Below are positions 46,260-57,382 of a stretch of 64,000 bases of DNA, piece after piece. The DNA is from Patellaria atrata CBS 101060 (lineage: Eukaryota): positions 434,001 to 498,000 of the forward strand of contig MU006095.1 in assembly GCA_010093705.1 (NCBI GenBank). The letters are read 5' to 3'. The notes under the pieces are model-generated. The model was given only the letters and a program-made list of their open reading frames with translations. It did no database searches and had not been told where the DNA came from. The first letter of the stretch is position 1, and every line of letters begins with the position of its first letter. A program made the position numbers and the translations under genes.

Positions 46260-47954
46260 ATGAGCATCGCATACACTCCACTCGTCGACATGGACTCTCA
46301 ACTTCCGTCGCCACCCGCACGGCGATACTCTCATGAAGCTCCCCAAGTCGACTTTTCTCAAGCGTCGCCAGAACAGGGATACTACAAACCACCGGTCTCG
46401 CACGGAGAGCAAGGCGTCTTCGTTCCACCGGGCCAATCCGGATACGAGTATAATAATGATAAATATGTCGTTCCGCAGCAGCAGCGAATACCGGGAGGAG
46501 AGGATAGTTACAAGATTGCGTATGGAGGGGATCATCAGCAGCAGGTATATGGAGGACCACCGGTTGCCGGAGGAATGGCACCCGGGGATATGGGGCCGGG
46601 AGGTGTAATGGCGGGTTCACAGCAGGGACAGAAAAAGAAGGGCTTCTGGACGAAGAGGAATAAGATTATCGTTGGAGTTGTTGTGGCGATTATAATTATT
46701 GCGGCAGCGGTGGGAGGAGGGGTTGGCGCGTCAGTTGGAGGTTCAGATTCAGAGTATGCCTCCACATTATCTGGCTTAACTACCCTCTTGTTTTCGCAGA
46801 TTACTGATTTTATGCCATCTAGTTCGTCATCAGATTCAAGCTCAGGGTCCGATTCGCGTCCTACTCGTACGGGGGGCAGCTCCCCCCAGAGTACTTCAAC
46901 CAATGCACCAAGTGCATGCAGAGACTCAATGTGTGGCGGCGTCATGAGCGCGGTCTCCTGGACCTCAGACCAACTCTTCGCCTTCGGCGTTACCACGGAC
47001 GGTCAACTCGTCTACAAAGCCGGCAACGGCCGTGTCTGGGACCGGGAGTTCAAAAATGCAGGGGCCGATTTTACAGCCACGGGCGCTCCACGGGTAACTT
47101 CCTCCCGAGACGGCAACCTAGAAGTCTTCATGATCGGGACTGAGGGCAGCGTATGGACGACATCCTATGCGGACGGGCAGTGGGAAGACGAATGGCTGAA
47201 CCTAGGAGGCACGTGGAATACTCCCCCCGGCGTCGTGGATCAAGGGACCTCGCAACTAGGCCTCTACGCCATCAACACAAACGGCGATATCTGCGATCGA
47301 TGGAGGAACAACACGAATACGACAGAGTGGGGAGGAACCTGGAATACAGTCGATAACGACTTGTACGGGGAACCAGTCGTCATCCACCTATCGGATAATA
47401 CCTTCTCCCTATTCGCCTACTGGGGCCAGAACCACCTCTATCACGACTATTACAACGGCACCGCGTGGGAAGGCTGGGACGATCTGGGCGAAATGTGGAA
47501 CAATACCCCCGCCGCGGCGTCCTGGGCGGAGAACAGACTCGACGTCGTCGCACTAGGCGAAGGCGGAAGTCTGTACCACAAGAGCTGGAACCGCAACAGC
47601 TGGACGGACACGTGGGAAGATCTCGGCGGCAGCTTCGAGAGCGAGCCCGTGCTCGTCGTCAGCGATAGCGATCGTCTGGATCTGTTTGCCCTCGGGGATG
47701 ACGATCAGTTGAGGCATAAGGCGCTCGATGGCCGGGATTGGCAGAGAGATTGGGATGTCATACCGAGCGGGAATATCACGTTTAATTCGGCGCCTGTGGC
47801 GGTTAGCGCGAGGAATCGGCGTGTTGATGTTTTTATTTTGGGCACGGAGAATCAGTTGCTGCATCGGAGTTTTGAGACGAACGATGATGAGGCGTGGACG
47901 GCGGAGGATGTTGAGTGGAGAGATCTTGGGGGGGAGTTTACGGGAAATTTTTAA
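46260..47954 (+). CDS. Type II membrane protein with C-terminal seven-repeat Trp-rich beta-propeller (PLL/PHL-like lectin fold predicted)
   Basis: P/Q/G/Y-rich N-terminus, basic KKKGFWTKRNK, TM IIVGVVVAIIIIAAAVGGGVG, S/T linker, then seven ~47-aa repeats (P.vvs....rLdvFa.G.dg.l.hk.w.g..W..W..LGG). Probable 69-nt in-frame intron 46754-46822 (GTATGC...CTGAT...TAG). Confidence 0.82.
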   Translation: MSIAYTPLVDMDSQLPSPPARRYSHEAPQVDFSQASPEQGYYKPPVSHGEQGVFVPPGQSGYEYNNDKYVVPQQQRIPGGEDSYKIAYGGDHQQQVYGGPPVAGGMAPGDMGPGGVMAGSQQGQKKKGFWTKRNKIIVGVVVAIIIIAAAVGGGVGASVGGSDSEYASTLSGLTTLLFSQITDFMPSSSSSDSSSGSDSRPTRTGGSSPQSTSTNAPSACRDSMCGGVMSAVSWTSDQLFAFGVTTDGQLVYKAGNGRVWDREFKNAGADFTATGAPRVTSSRDGNLEVFMIGTEGSVWTTSYADGQWEDEWLNLGGTWNTPPGVVDQGTSQLGLYAINTNGDICDRWRNNTNTTEWGGTWNTVDNDLYGEPVVIHLSDNTFSLFAYWGQNHLYHDYYNGTAWEGWDDLGEMWNNTPAAASWAENRLDVVALGEGGSLYHKSWNRNSWTDTWEDLGGSFESEPVLVVSDSDRLDLFALGDDDQLRHKALDGRDWQRDWDVIPSGNITFNSAPVAVSARNRRVDVFILGTENQLLHRSFETNDDEAWTAEDVEWRDLGGEFTGNF

Positions 47955-48768
47955 GGTTTCTTGACACCCGCTTTAGGTTGATGTGTAAGGTAATGATTTT
48001 CGCATCTTTTTTCTACGTAGCGATTTTCTTTTTTTCTTCTGCATTTGGACTTGGTAGTGTTTTGCATACCTTAGAGGAGTATGGGAAAATGTATGTACTC
48101 ATCCCCGTTTTGGAACTTACGTTTCTTTTGTTTTTATGCTAGGGTCCAATAGGGATTAGTTAGGGTATCTTATAGGCGGTGGATTACTGTCTGAGTATAT
48201 TTGGTACTACAATGCTCGCAAGGGTTATGTTTCCAGCCACACTTGCCTCGTTGGTGCAATGTTGGATGTTGGGTTTGTGTGGAAAGGTATATTACTCTAA
48301 TAAGTACTTCACGCTGGATTTCATTTCTATTCTTGGGTTGAGGTCTATAATTCTTGTTCAGCAGGTTTTCGTTCAAATCTTACCCAGTCCACACAACTAT
48401 CTTGGTCCCACGTCCACCTCATACATGATATTTCTCACGCACTATCTCTTGCATTGAAACCTCACCCTTACACATTACTCACTCGCCCAACCCGCCGTCA
48501 GACTCACACGTCACTCCACATCAATTTCTTCTCTCCCTCTTATATATCTTCCCTTCGCTTAACTCAATTCTTCCACTCTAGTTCAGAAGCGCTTCTTACA
48601 GGTCGGGGCGCCCAGGAATTCGACATTGTTCGTCTGATCCTAAAGAAGTCATTTCCGTATTGGGCTTGTAGGGAGACGCTGAAGAAGAGGTATATTGTGA
48701 CGTTCTAATCACAACTGTTGAAGATATCGGTTTTGTGTCTTTCTCGTTGGTTGGGGGTGTTGGGGGGG

Positions 48769-49598
48769 NNNNNNNNNNNNNNNNNNNNNNNNNNNNNNNN
48801 NNNNNNNNNNNNNNNNNNNNNNNNNNNNNNNNNNNNNNNNNNNNNNNNNNNNNNNNNNNNNNNNNNNNNNNNNNNNNNNNNNNNNNNNNNNNNNNNNNNN
48901 NNNNNNNNNNNNNNNNNNNNNNNNNNNNNNNNNNNNNNNNNNNNNNNNNNNNNNNNNNNNNNNNNNNNNNNNNNNNNNNNNNNNNNNNNNNNNNNNNNNN
49001 NNNNNNNNNNNNNNNNNNNNNNNNNNNNNNNNNNNNNNNNNNNNNNNNNNNNNNNNNNNNNNNNNNNNNNNNNNNNNNNNNNNNNNNNNNNNNNNNNNNN
49101 NNNNNNNNNNNNNNNNNNNNNNNNNNNNNNNNNNNNNNNNNNNNNNNNNNNNNNNNNNNNNNNNNNNNNNNNNNNNNNNNNNNNNNNNNNNNNNNNNNNN
49201 NNNNNNNNNNNNNNNNNNNNNNNNNNNNNNNNNNNNNNNNNNNNNNNNNNNNNNNNNNNNNNNNNNNNNNNNNNNNNNNNNNNNNNNNNNNNNNNNNNNN
49301 NNNNNNNNNNNNNNNNNNNNNNNNNNNNNNNNNNNNNNNNNNNNNNNNNNNNNNNNNNNNNNNNNNNNNNNNNNNNNNNNNNNNNNNNNNNNNNNNNNNN
49401 NNNNNNNNNNNNNNNNNNNNNNNNNNNNNNNNNNNNNNNNNNNNNNNNNNNNNNNNNNNNNNNNNNNNNNNNNNNNNNNNNNNNNNNNNNNNNNNNNNNN
49501 NNNNNNNNNNNNNNNNNNNNNNNNNNNNNNNNNNNNNNNNNNNNNNNNNNNNNNNNNNNNNNNNNNNNNNNNNNNNNNNNNNNNNNNNNNNNNNNNNN
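48769..49598. other. Assembly gap (run of N)
   Basis: ~830 Ns, preceded by a G-rich run; ORFs spanning it are artefacts. Confidence 0.99.
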
Positions 49599-50299
49599 GA
49601 CAGATAGTTGACAGATCCACCAAAGGACCCATACTTCAACATTACCCCTGGTCGCCAGTAGCACCAATACTCCAACAGCTCCACCATCTAACATGTTAGC
49701 TTGAGACGTTGTGTCAAACTGTATCAAAACAGATCTCTAACACAACATCTATCTGTGTTGTTTTATCTGTTTTCTTTGATTCATGCTCGTTGTCTTCGTT
49801 CTGTATACAAATAGTCCGCATCTCTCAATAGTAGCAAATCAAGCGATATATTCAGTGCACCTGCAGATCCAGTTTATCTAACATATTGCGAGACTTCTGA
49901 CGGTGGGAGATTATTCTCTTGGGAATTAGCTCAAGGACTTGAGTCAATATGAGGTTGAATAAACCTAATGTAAGACGGTCTACTGCCGTGATGATAGAGA
50001 TCGCTGTCAGTGGAGTAGATATCGTCGTCAATAGGAAGTTGAGATATGTAACGATTGTGGCATAACTAATCTCAGTCATCATTAGTGACCCCCGATATAC
50101 CTCACCATAAACCACCTCCCCCCTCACTTCTTCTAGCCAACCTTCTCTCCACCAGAAACAAAACTTCTCCAACCGTTGCAATCATTAAAGGTTTACCCCC
50201 GACGCTAACGAAATCTCGGATATGATAAATTGTGCTCCACAAGACCCCAAAACGCCGCCGCAAGACCAAATTCCAAGATCTCGATTTTACGGGATCTAG

Positions 50300-53200
50300 A
50301 ATCTTGATAGGAGAGCTATCCCTTAACGAGAAAGAAGACACTATGGAAAAAGGGGATCGGGAAGGTTTATATACCCCTATTCTCATAAGAGACACCCACG
50401 CATGAGGCCTTTGTAAGCCACGCATGATCTATTACCACAAGCCAACTGCACCGTCCCGCTCTGCAAGTCCGCCTACACTCCATAAAGACCGGGTTACGAG
50501 CACCCGACATAAGACCCCTATTCACTGATTTTGCTACTTGGCTGCCCTGATGAAAGAAGTTTGTGCATGACACCGTGAGTAAAGGGGTATTTAAGCCGGG
50601 CTCACTTCTCTCAGTCTCTTTCCACTGAACTAAAAGCTCCATATGAGGAGAGGCAAAGAAGAGTGGTAAAGGCCACTCGGAAGATATGTGTATTCAATTT
50701 TGCGTTGCGGCATTGTGAACAAGCACCGAACCCCAAAGCATTCAGCGAGACAAGCATTAAAATCGCATGACTTAACAAGAAATGTCTCCATGTCCTTCTC
50801 GTTGATTGTATACCGGAGGAAGCGCTGCCGATTGTTGAAGTCAGTCCAGTACGCCAAAACACCACGACAAACGGTCATGTATTCTTACACGAACAGTTGC
50901 CCCTTAATTACTGCTTCCCACCTACTTCCCAGAAGAACATCACATCCAGAAGGCAACGCACCATACATGGGACTTCAACCAGTCATCAGTTAGGGGGTGT
51001 TGTCAAACAGTTTGGTCTGTATTATATTATACCCAAAGCACTACAGTTGCACACCACGGGTTGAGCCTTGCCATCGTACTGGTCAGCTTCTTTTTTGTCT
51101 TTTTCTTTTCTTTTTCTTCACTTACATTAGCAATCATTAGGTGTGGAAATGTACATTTCTTATTTATCTATAGATTTGAGTTCAGAATAGAATCCTGTTC
51201 GACTTATCGTAGGGGAAATAGGAAGTCTAACAAGTAAGACGTATCCGTAAAGAAGGTGGATGGCGTCGATGTCGGTGACATAAACGATGATAGAGATTAT
51301 CAGAGCATTAACCAGGTAGTTATCATTATCATTGAGGATGACGAGTTCGGGGGAGATCAGTCTTTATCATGAAGTCTACCAGTATGGCCCTCGGAAAACA
51401 CACCTAACCATGGTTCCGTTGACGAAGACTCTGTACCATTTTCCCAAAATTCAGAACGAATTGCTTGACTACCAGTAAGCTCTTCGTCATTGCTTCTCCG
51501 GTACTCCGAGACAGAGGCCCAAGAAGTAGAGTTGAGACAAATCTCATGCCGACAACGCAGTCTAACGCTGGAATTGATCTCACGGCCACAATAGTCCTCA
51601 GGAAATCGTATTACCGCAGCGAGTTTCAGGACCAAGACTGATTTAAGGAAAAAAAGGCAGGGGGCGGCGACGGTTATATACCTCCATCACTCCGCCCAGA
51701 CGCGCACAAGGGGTTAGATGTCGCGTATGCCTAGCATCACGCATTTATGTCAATATTGTAACAGGCTAGAGCCTAGTGGTATGAGCGCGCCCTGCATCCG
51801 AAGATCAGCCAGTAATATTTTCCTCAAACCTGCCTTCAGACTCTTCTCTTCTTCTTTATCTTGATTGTAGATAGCATCTGGACTAGATAGTTGGAACACA
51901 ATTACTAGAGGCCGCTCACAAATATCTGTAGGTCTGACATGTCACTATCAAAGCCGAGTAAGCAAATATGTCATCTTAAGGTAACCTGGAATTAAACAAC
52001 TAGTGGATGGGTATATAACCTTACCTCTATGCCCTTACCTCTCTCTTTCCCCCCTTAAGCTTGAGAGCCGTGGACTAGAGTCGCCTAAAACAATCATCAA
52101 AATCCACTTGGGTGTGGTTGCTGAACTCCAAATGTATCGGCTGTTACGTTTAGGGTTTCTATGAAAGTAGCCATAGATTTCCTTTTAGGGGGAAATTAAA
52201 ACTAAAGACATCAGTCACACCTCATGACTTATGTCCCATTCGTAACTGCAGGTACAAACAAAATCCCTTCGCCAGAGATGCCCATCATAAGCGCTCAAAC
52301 AGTGGGAAATTTCAATTCTGGCGGCAATACCTGAGTGGTAATTTTCCTTTGTCATATTTCCTTCAGTCAATTTCTTATAGTCGTCAGTTTGAGCCCCAGC
52401 TCCGACAGAATATAAATTTAAATGCGTTCGCCGGGTTAGCTTTCCCTCTACGGAGGTTTTCTTTTGCCATTTTTTTTTTCTAATCCTTAAAGGTTCTGTC
52501 AGGTGTGAGAGGAAGTGATGGGCAAGGACATAAGAAAATGATCCGATAGACACGTATGGCGGCGATGATATACATCGCCGTGTCTTTTCGATCTTCATCT
52601 TTACCAAAAGGAGGGATCAATTTGATTTTATTATTGCTCACCAAGACGCACCTCATCATCAATCCATCGATATAACCTCCCTACAAGGTATAGCTGAAGC
52701 GACATACCGAGCCCTTAAGGTCTAATCAAATGTTGAGCCGCCTCTCCAATAGGGGACGTCCAGAACGCTCAAAATGATTTGGTCATACCCACTCGAGGTA
52801 GCCAAAAATCGCAGGGCTTAATCCTTATGATACCCCAGAACAACAAAGGCGACTGTACGAAGGAAAAAAAAGAAAATTGCAGACAAAGTAGGAGAGGTTT
52901 ATATACCTGTCTCCCTCGACTGTAGCACATGTCCAGTAAGCAGCGTCGACATCTGCACGTCTGACTAGGTTTTGTCAAAATCGGGTCAGATGGGCATGAC
53001 GTGTTAGGGATGCTATGGAATAATGGATCGGTGGAGGGATATTTAAATCGAACTTGGTCCTCTCTCTCTTGGATCTCCAACAACTTTCCCGAGCGGGACT
53101 AAGGCTTTTGACAACACGGTGGATATACATTGGTGCGGTGGTGTGTTCCAGGGTCGTTGGGCCCAAATATCCAAATTGTGGTTTGGGTGTGGAAGCAAGC

Positions 53201-53775
53201 ACAAGAGCTCTAGCAGCTTGCTCTCGGTGGCTCTGTATCAGGAGGCTGACCGCGCTGGTGAGGATAATGACTATCATTATGGCTGGGACCCTTGTAGATG
53301 ATTGTCTCCATCGATATGAATATAAGTTCAAGGCGTACAGTTTTTTCTCCTCACCATCGCTCCCCGAACATTCATCTCAACATCACTTTCAAAGACTACC
53401 TCTACGGGAGACATAGAGCCCTCGTGCTTTAACCCTTGATGATATATGTTGGTGCCCCAATGACCTATAAGTAGGGAAGCCACCACAATCTTCGAGTAGT
53501 CGAGTCCCTTAACCCCCAATGATATCTTCTATTTCTCCAATGACCTATAAGTAGGAAAGCCACCAAAATCGTCCAGGAGTTGAGTCCTCACCGGGCACCA
53601 AATGAATATCTTCCTATGAAAAGAGCGTCCGAATCGCTCAATGTTCAAAGTTCCCGTCAGACGTGAGACCCTATTGCTTGAAGAAAGGAAAGAATAGGAG
53701 ATAGGAAGCTGGGAGGTTTTATATACCTCTATTGTACCGGCCCTACGTATGATTAGTAAGCTAAACATGATCGAC
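50300..53775 (-). repeat. Dispersed family of degenerate TATA + pyrimidine-tract modules (at least three similar copies)
   Basis: Copies at ~50300-50430, ~52850-52955 and ~53670-53775 share GCTTAC...CAT...GGTATATAAA(A)CCT followed by a C/T tract; copies 1 and 3 also share GATCATG and AATAGRGG. Confidence 0.6.
53431..53590. repeat. 80-bp tandem duplication (two copies plus a trace of a third)
   Basis: Copies start at 53431 and 53511; the core CCAATGACCTATAAGTAGGRAAGCCACCAMAATC is shared with two mismatches. Confidence 0.9.
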
Positions 53776-54015
53776 TCGCATGCGTCCAGACCGCCACCTT
53801 CCTGTCCGTACAGCTGACTTTATCCTTGCCGAAATTTAGAGCAGGCGGACTTCATGACGTCGAGAAAGAATTGCTGTATCGGTATGTAATTCCATTCTTT
53901 GACCTTACAATCGTACATTACGGCCCTAATCGCTTGTCTAAGGCACCACTAGAATCGACATATTTTCGTACGCTGCTAGGGGAAAACAATTACCTAAATA
54001 ACTTCACATTCCACC

Positions 54016-55242
54016 TCAATCTAGACCCATTTCCATCCTCCTCCTCTCCGCTTCCACAGGATGTCTCATAAGACTCCTCTTCTCCTCAGGCCTCGGTAAT
54101 TTACCCCTGGCATAGATCGAACTATCACACAAAATCCTCTGCCTCAACACTCCCAGCTCACCCAACAAAACCAACCTACAAACCACAACGGACGCCATAA
54201 AACGAAGGATCAAAAACGCGGCATCAACCACAGAGATAAAAATCATGCTCGAGAACACGAGCGTGCCGTATAGCAAGTGCATCCCAGTCAATATGGTCGT
54301 CAACCATGTAATTAGGATATAGGGAAAAGTGGGTTTGCGTACAGTGACGCGAAATAACCCGCGTTTCTCCAGGGTGATGAAAAAGCGGGTGAGCCGGGTC
54401 CGAGAGGATGGGATGAAATGCACGTTCTGGTCAGGACTTTGCGGGTCAGACTCTGCGTCTATACCCGTTTCTTCGACGGATACACGAATACGCAGCGCAC
54501 AAGCGCTCAACACGTGGATCAAAGAGCCAACGAACGCCCATATCGCGGGCAACCAGACTGCGTTCTGAACTAAAGAAAAAGAAACCCTGAGCGGGAGCTC
54601 GTAGCTCACAATCGCGATATTCGCGATCGCCGCCATGATCAAGATGTATTTGACGAATAAGACGGCAATACCGTTCCGGCGAAGGAAACCAGGGTGCGGT
54701 ATCCGATCTTTGGGGTCTTTAAGCTCGTTGATTGCGTGGCGATAGTGGAAGGAGCGCTCGAGGTAGACAGCCGGGGAGCCGAAGGCGATTAACAACGATA
54801 GCAATGGGCGCTTCCCGACTATGGAGAGGAGCGCCGTTTCCTGCACGCTCGGGCCGAGAGTCGCTAGAGCGGTCGGCATGAGGCCGAGCAGGACCTGTGC
54901 GCTAGCGAAGTTTGATTTGATGTACTCGGGCGTGCAGTCTAGGATGCATTGGATCAGGGTTGTGGTGGACGTGTCGGGATCCCATACTGAAAGTTCAGGG
55001 GAGGAGATGATGACGGTGTTGGACAAGTGGGCTGCGTATTCGGCGCTGCAGTTATTCTCGACGATGTAGTTGAGCGCGTGTGAGTAGCGGGGATACCAGT
55101 CTCGGAAACGGGTAAGGTATGCGGAAGCCTGCTGGATGAGAACTGCTAGGACGAAGTCATGGGAAGAGGACATTTGATTGATGGAATGGTCAAGGTCCCT
55201 TTGTTCCACTTCATATGTATAGTAATGACTTGGGAGGGGCAT
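54016..55242 (-). CDS. Uncharacterised fungal multi-pass membrane protein
   Basis: Intact 408-aa ORF with several hydrophobic segments and the motif ASAQVLLGLMPTALA.LG...E.ALLS...RPLLSLL.AFGSPAV, which I recall from hypothetical fungal membrane proteins. Confidence 0.75.
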   Translation of the reverse strand: MPLPSHYYTYEVEQRDLDHSINQMSSSHDFVLAVLIQQASAYLTRFRDWYPRYSHALNYIVENNCSAEYAAHLSNTVIISSPELSVWDPDTSTTTLIQCILDCTPEYIKSNFASAQVLLGLMPTALATLGPSVQETALLSIVGKRPLLSLLIAFGSPAVYLERSFHYRHAINELKDPKDRIPHPGFLRRNGIAVLFVKYILIMAAIANIAIVSYELPLRVSFSLVQNAVWLPAIWAFVGSLIHVLSACALRIRVSVEETGIDAESDPQSPDQNVHFIPSSRTRLTRFFITLEKRGLFRVTVRKPTFPYILITWLTTILTGMHLLYGTLVFSSMIFISVVDAAFLILRFMASVVVCRLVLLGELGVLRQRILCDSSIYARGKLPRPEEKRSLMRHPVEAERRRMEMGLD

Positions 55243-56372
55243 GATGATAGGTTTTTAGCGTTTCAGCCCCCAACCGCCCATCCTTCGCCAACAAGTTACA
55301 TATCATTCTGACACGCATCAGGACGGGAGACTCGTCGTGTCATCGCAGTGGAAAGTCCATCCACATTTCAACTCCTATAAGCTCAGATCCGTGCTCCTAA
55401 TAAATGTGAGTATAGTATGAACACCATGGCCACGATCAGAGAAGCAAGTTGTACTGTATTGTACAGTACTATTGAGTACACCAAGCAGTCCTACTCGGGA
55501 GTGTTCAATACTATAATCTATCCTAAGGATATATACCACCTTCTCTAAACAACGGTAAGGTATCGATAGAAATCAATTTGGGGTCATGGCTAGAAGAGGG
55601 GGACAGTATTCGACAACTTGAGGTCGAAAGTCCAAAGAAGGTGTTTGCGATAATCTAATCTTATCCCTCACGTGACTAGAAACCTCACGTGCCAACCCCC
55701 AATTCCTACAATATCCTCCCAATCCGTCCGTCCCGGCAATTCCTACCCTTTCCGTCCGAAACCGCAACCCCTTTCGTAAAAGACCCTGAAAGTGCCCAAC
55801 CAAGCACGTGCCACTCAAGCCGTTTCGGACAGCGATAAGGCTGATAACCAGCTCCATCCCTGCTGGACCCTGAATCTCACCGCTCTTCATCTCAAAACTC
55901 ATACAAACAAAAATTGCATATTTAGGAGCGAAATCGGCGCATACATCCCTAAAAGTTATAATCCATTATTTCCTAAGCATCTGGAGAACGGGTACCGGCT
56001 CTCCCCCTGACGATTCCTGCTGAAAGGGGTATAGTAGCTTGAGAAGCTAGGGGTTAGAGATCCGGCTGCTCATTTGATCGATTCGACAAATTATCAGATA
56101 ATCTCGCCTTTTCGCATCGGCCAAGATGGTCTAGAGCGCGCTCATACCACAAAACTTGGGCTTATCTCAGGTTGCTGGCATGTGTGACGGATGGGTGTGT
56201 CGGAGGGTTTAAAAAGCGCGTTGGGTCCGGGAGAGCGTCCCGGAGGTTTTTTCTTTCCTTCGATTCTTCTTCTTTCATTCCTTCACTTGTTCAATTGCGG
56301 AAGGGTAGCGTGTTGCTGTAAGACTGTACGAGTTTGAATTTTGGAATCAATTGCTTCGACAGTTCTATCGTT

Positions 56373-57275
56373 ATGGAAGAAATAAACCCTCAGAAAGCAT
56401 GTGGCTTCCTACGTCTCCCAGGCGAGATCCGTAACCTAATTTACGCCCTCGCGCTCACCTCTTCGCATACTATCACCGACGCGAGCCCACTGCCAAAAGA
56501 CTCTGGAACCCATGAGGTCAGTGTCCACCACAGTCTCCCACCCCTCTCGACGCCTCTCCTCCGCAGCTGCCGTCTCATCGCCCAAGAAGCGCCTCTCCGC
56601 CTGCTCTACGCTTCTAATACCTTCCGTTTCACCTCACCCACCAACGCGCACAAGTTCGCCGCGTCGCTTCCACCGGAGTTGTCCAGTCGTATCCAGGACG
56701 TCGAACTCGATATGCGTAACACGGGCTCACGGGAAGAGCAATACCCCGCGTGGACGTGGTACACCTCTTGGCAGCGGGGCTTCTGGGTCGAGCAGTTCGG
56801 CAGCTTATCGCTGGACTTTCCTGGACTGAAAGTGCTGCGGTTGAACTTCAATGCGTGGCCGCGGATCCCGGTTGCTGGGCGGCATTTGTGGGATATCCTA
56901 CGGAGATTGTTGATGAACGTTGATGGTTTGGAACGGATCATCCTGACTGGCGCAAGTGAGGGTTCTTCACCGGAAAAGGAGCCATGGAGTCCGGCGCACT
57001 TTATTGGGGTCGAGGATGTGGCTTTTGCGGATGATTTGGTCGACAAGATGTGGCAGACGGTTCAAAAGGTGCAGAGACATGCCGATGATGGTATTATCAG
57101 GTGGTCGCGATCGAACAGCAAGGTCTATTTAGAGGTGTCGTCCACGATGTATCTTCGAAGGACAATCGAGACACGATTCAATAGGCCAGTTTATCTCGAG
57201 CGTTCTGGAGATTGGCCTGAAAGCGGTTACTGCAGCTTTACCGATTACAGGAACCAGAAAGAGGCGTCTCTCTAG
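56373..57275 (+). CDS. Fungal hypothetical protein with F-box-like N-terminal motif (FLxLPxEIRNxIY; DUF7730/2EXR-like)
   Basis: GFLRLPGEIRNLIYALAL...LLRSCRLIAQEA...LYASNTFRF...FPGLKVLRL; ATG at 56373, preceded by a TATA-like site and pyrimidine tract. Confidence 0.78.
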   Translation: MEEINPQKACGFLRLPGEIRNLIYALALTSSHTITDASPLPKDSGTHEVSVHHSLPPLSTPLLRSCRLIAQEAPLRLLYASNTFRFTSPTNAHKFAASLPPELSSRIQDVELDMRNTGSREEQYPAWTWYTSWQRGFWVEQFGSLSLDFPGLKVLRLNFNAWPRIPVAGRHLWDILRRLLMNVDGLERIILTGASEGSSPEKEPWSPAHFIGVEDVAFADDLVDKMWQTVQKVQRHADDGIIRWSRSNSKVYLEVSSTMYLRRTIETRFNRPVYLERSGDWPESGYCSFTDYRNQKEASL

Positions 57276-57382
57276 GACGCTGGATTGCGCGTTATAATTA
57301 TCATGATATTGTTACGCTTAAATGGAATCCGAAGCCCGGGGATAAGATCGTAGTCTGTGGTGTGTGATGAAGCATGAGGTCG

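Noticed and set aside
48596..49727. Long ORFs of 290-363 aa in the ORF track
   Set aside because: They are translations through the N gap.
53431..53590. CRISPR-like repeat-spacer interpretation
   Set aside because: Eukaryotic context, only two copies, inter-core segments are homologous to each other, and no cas genes.
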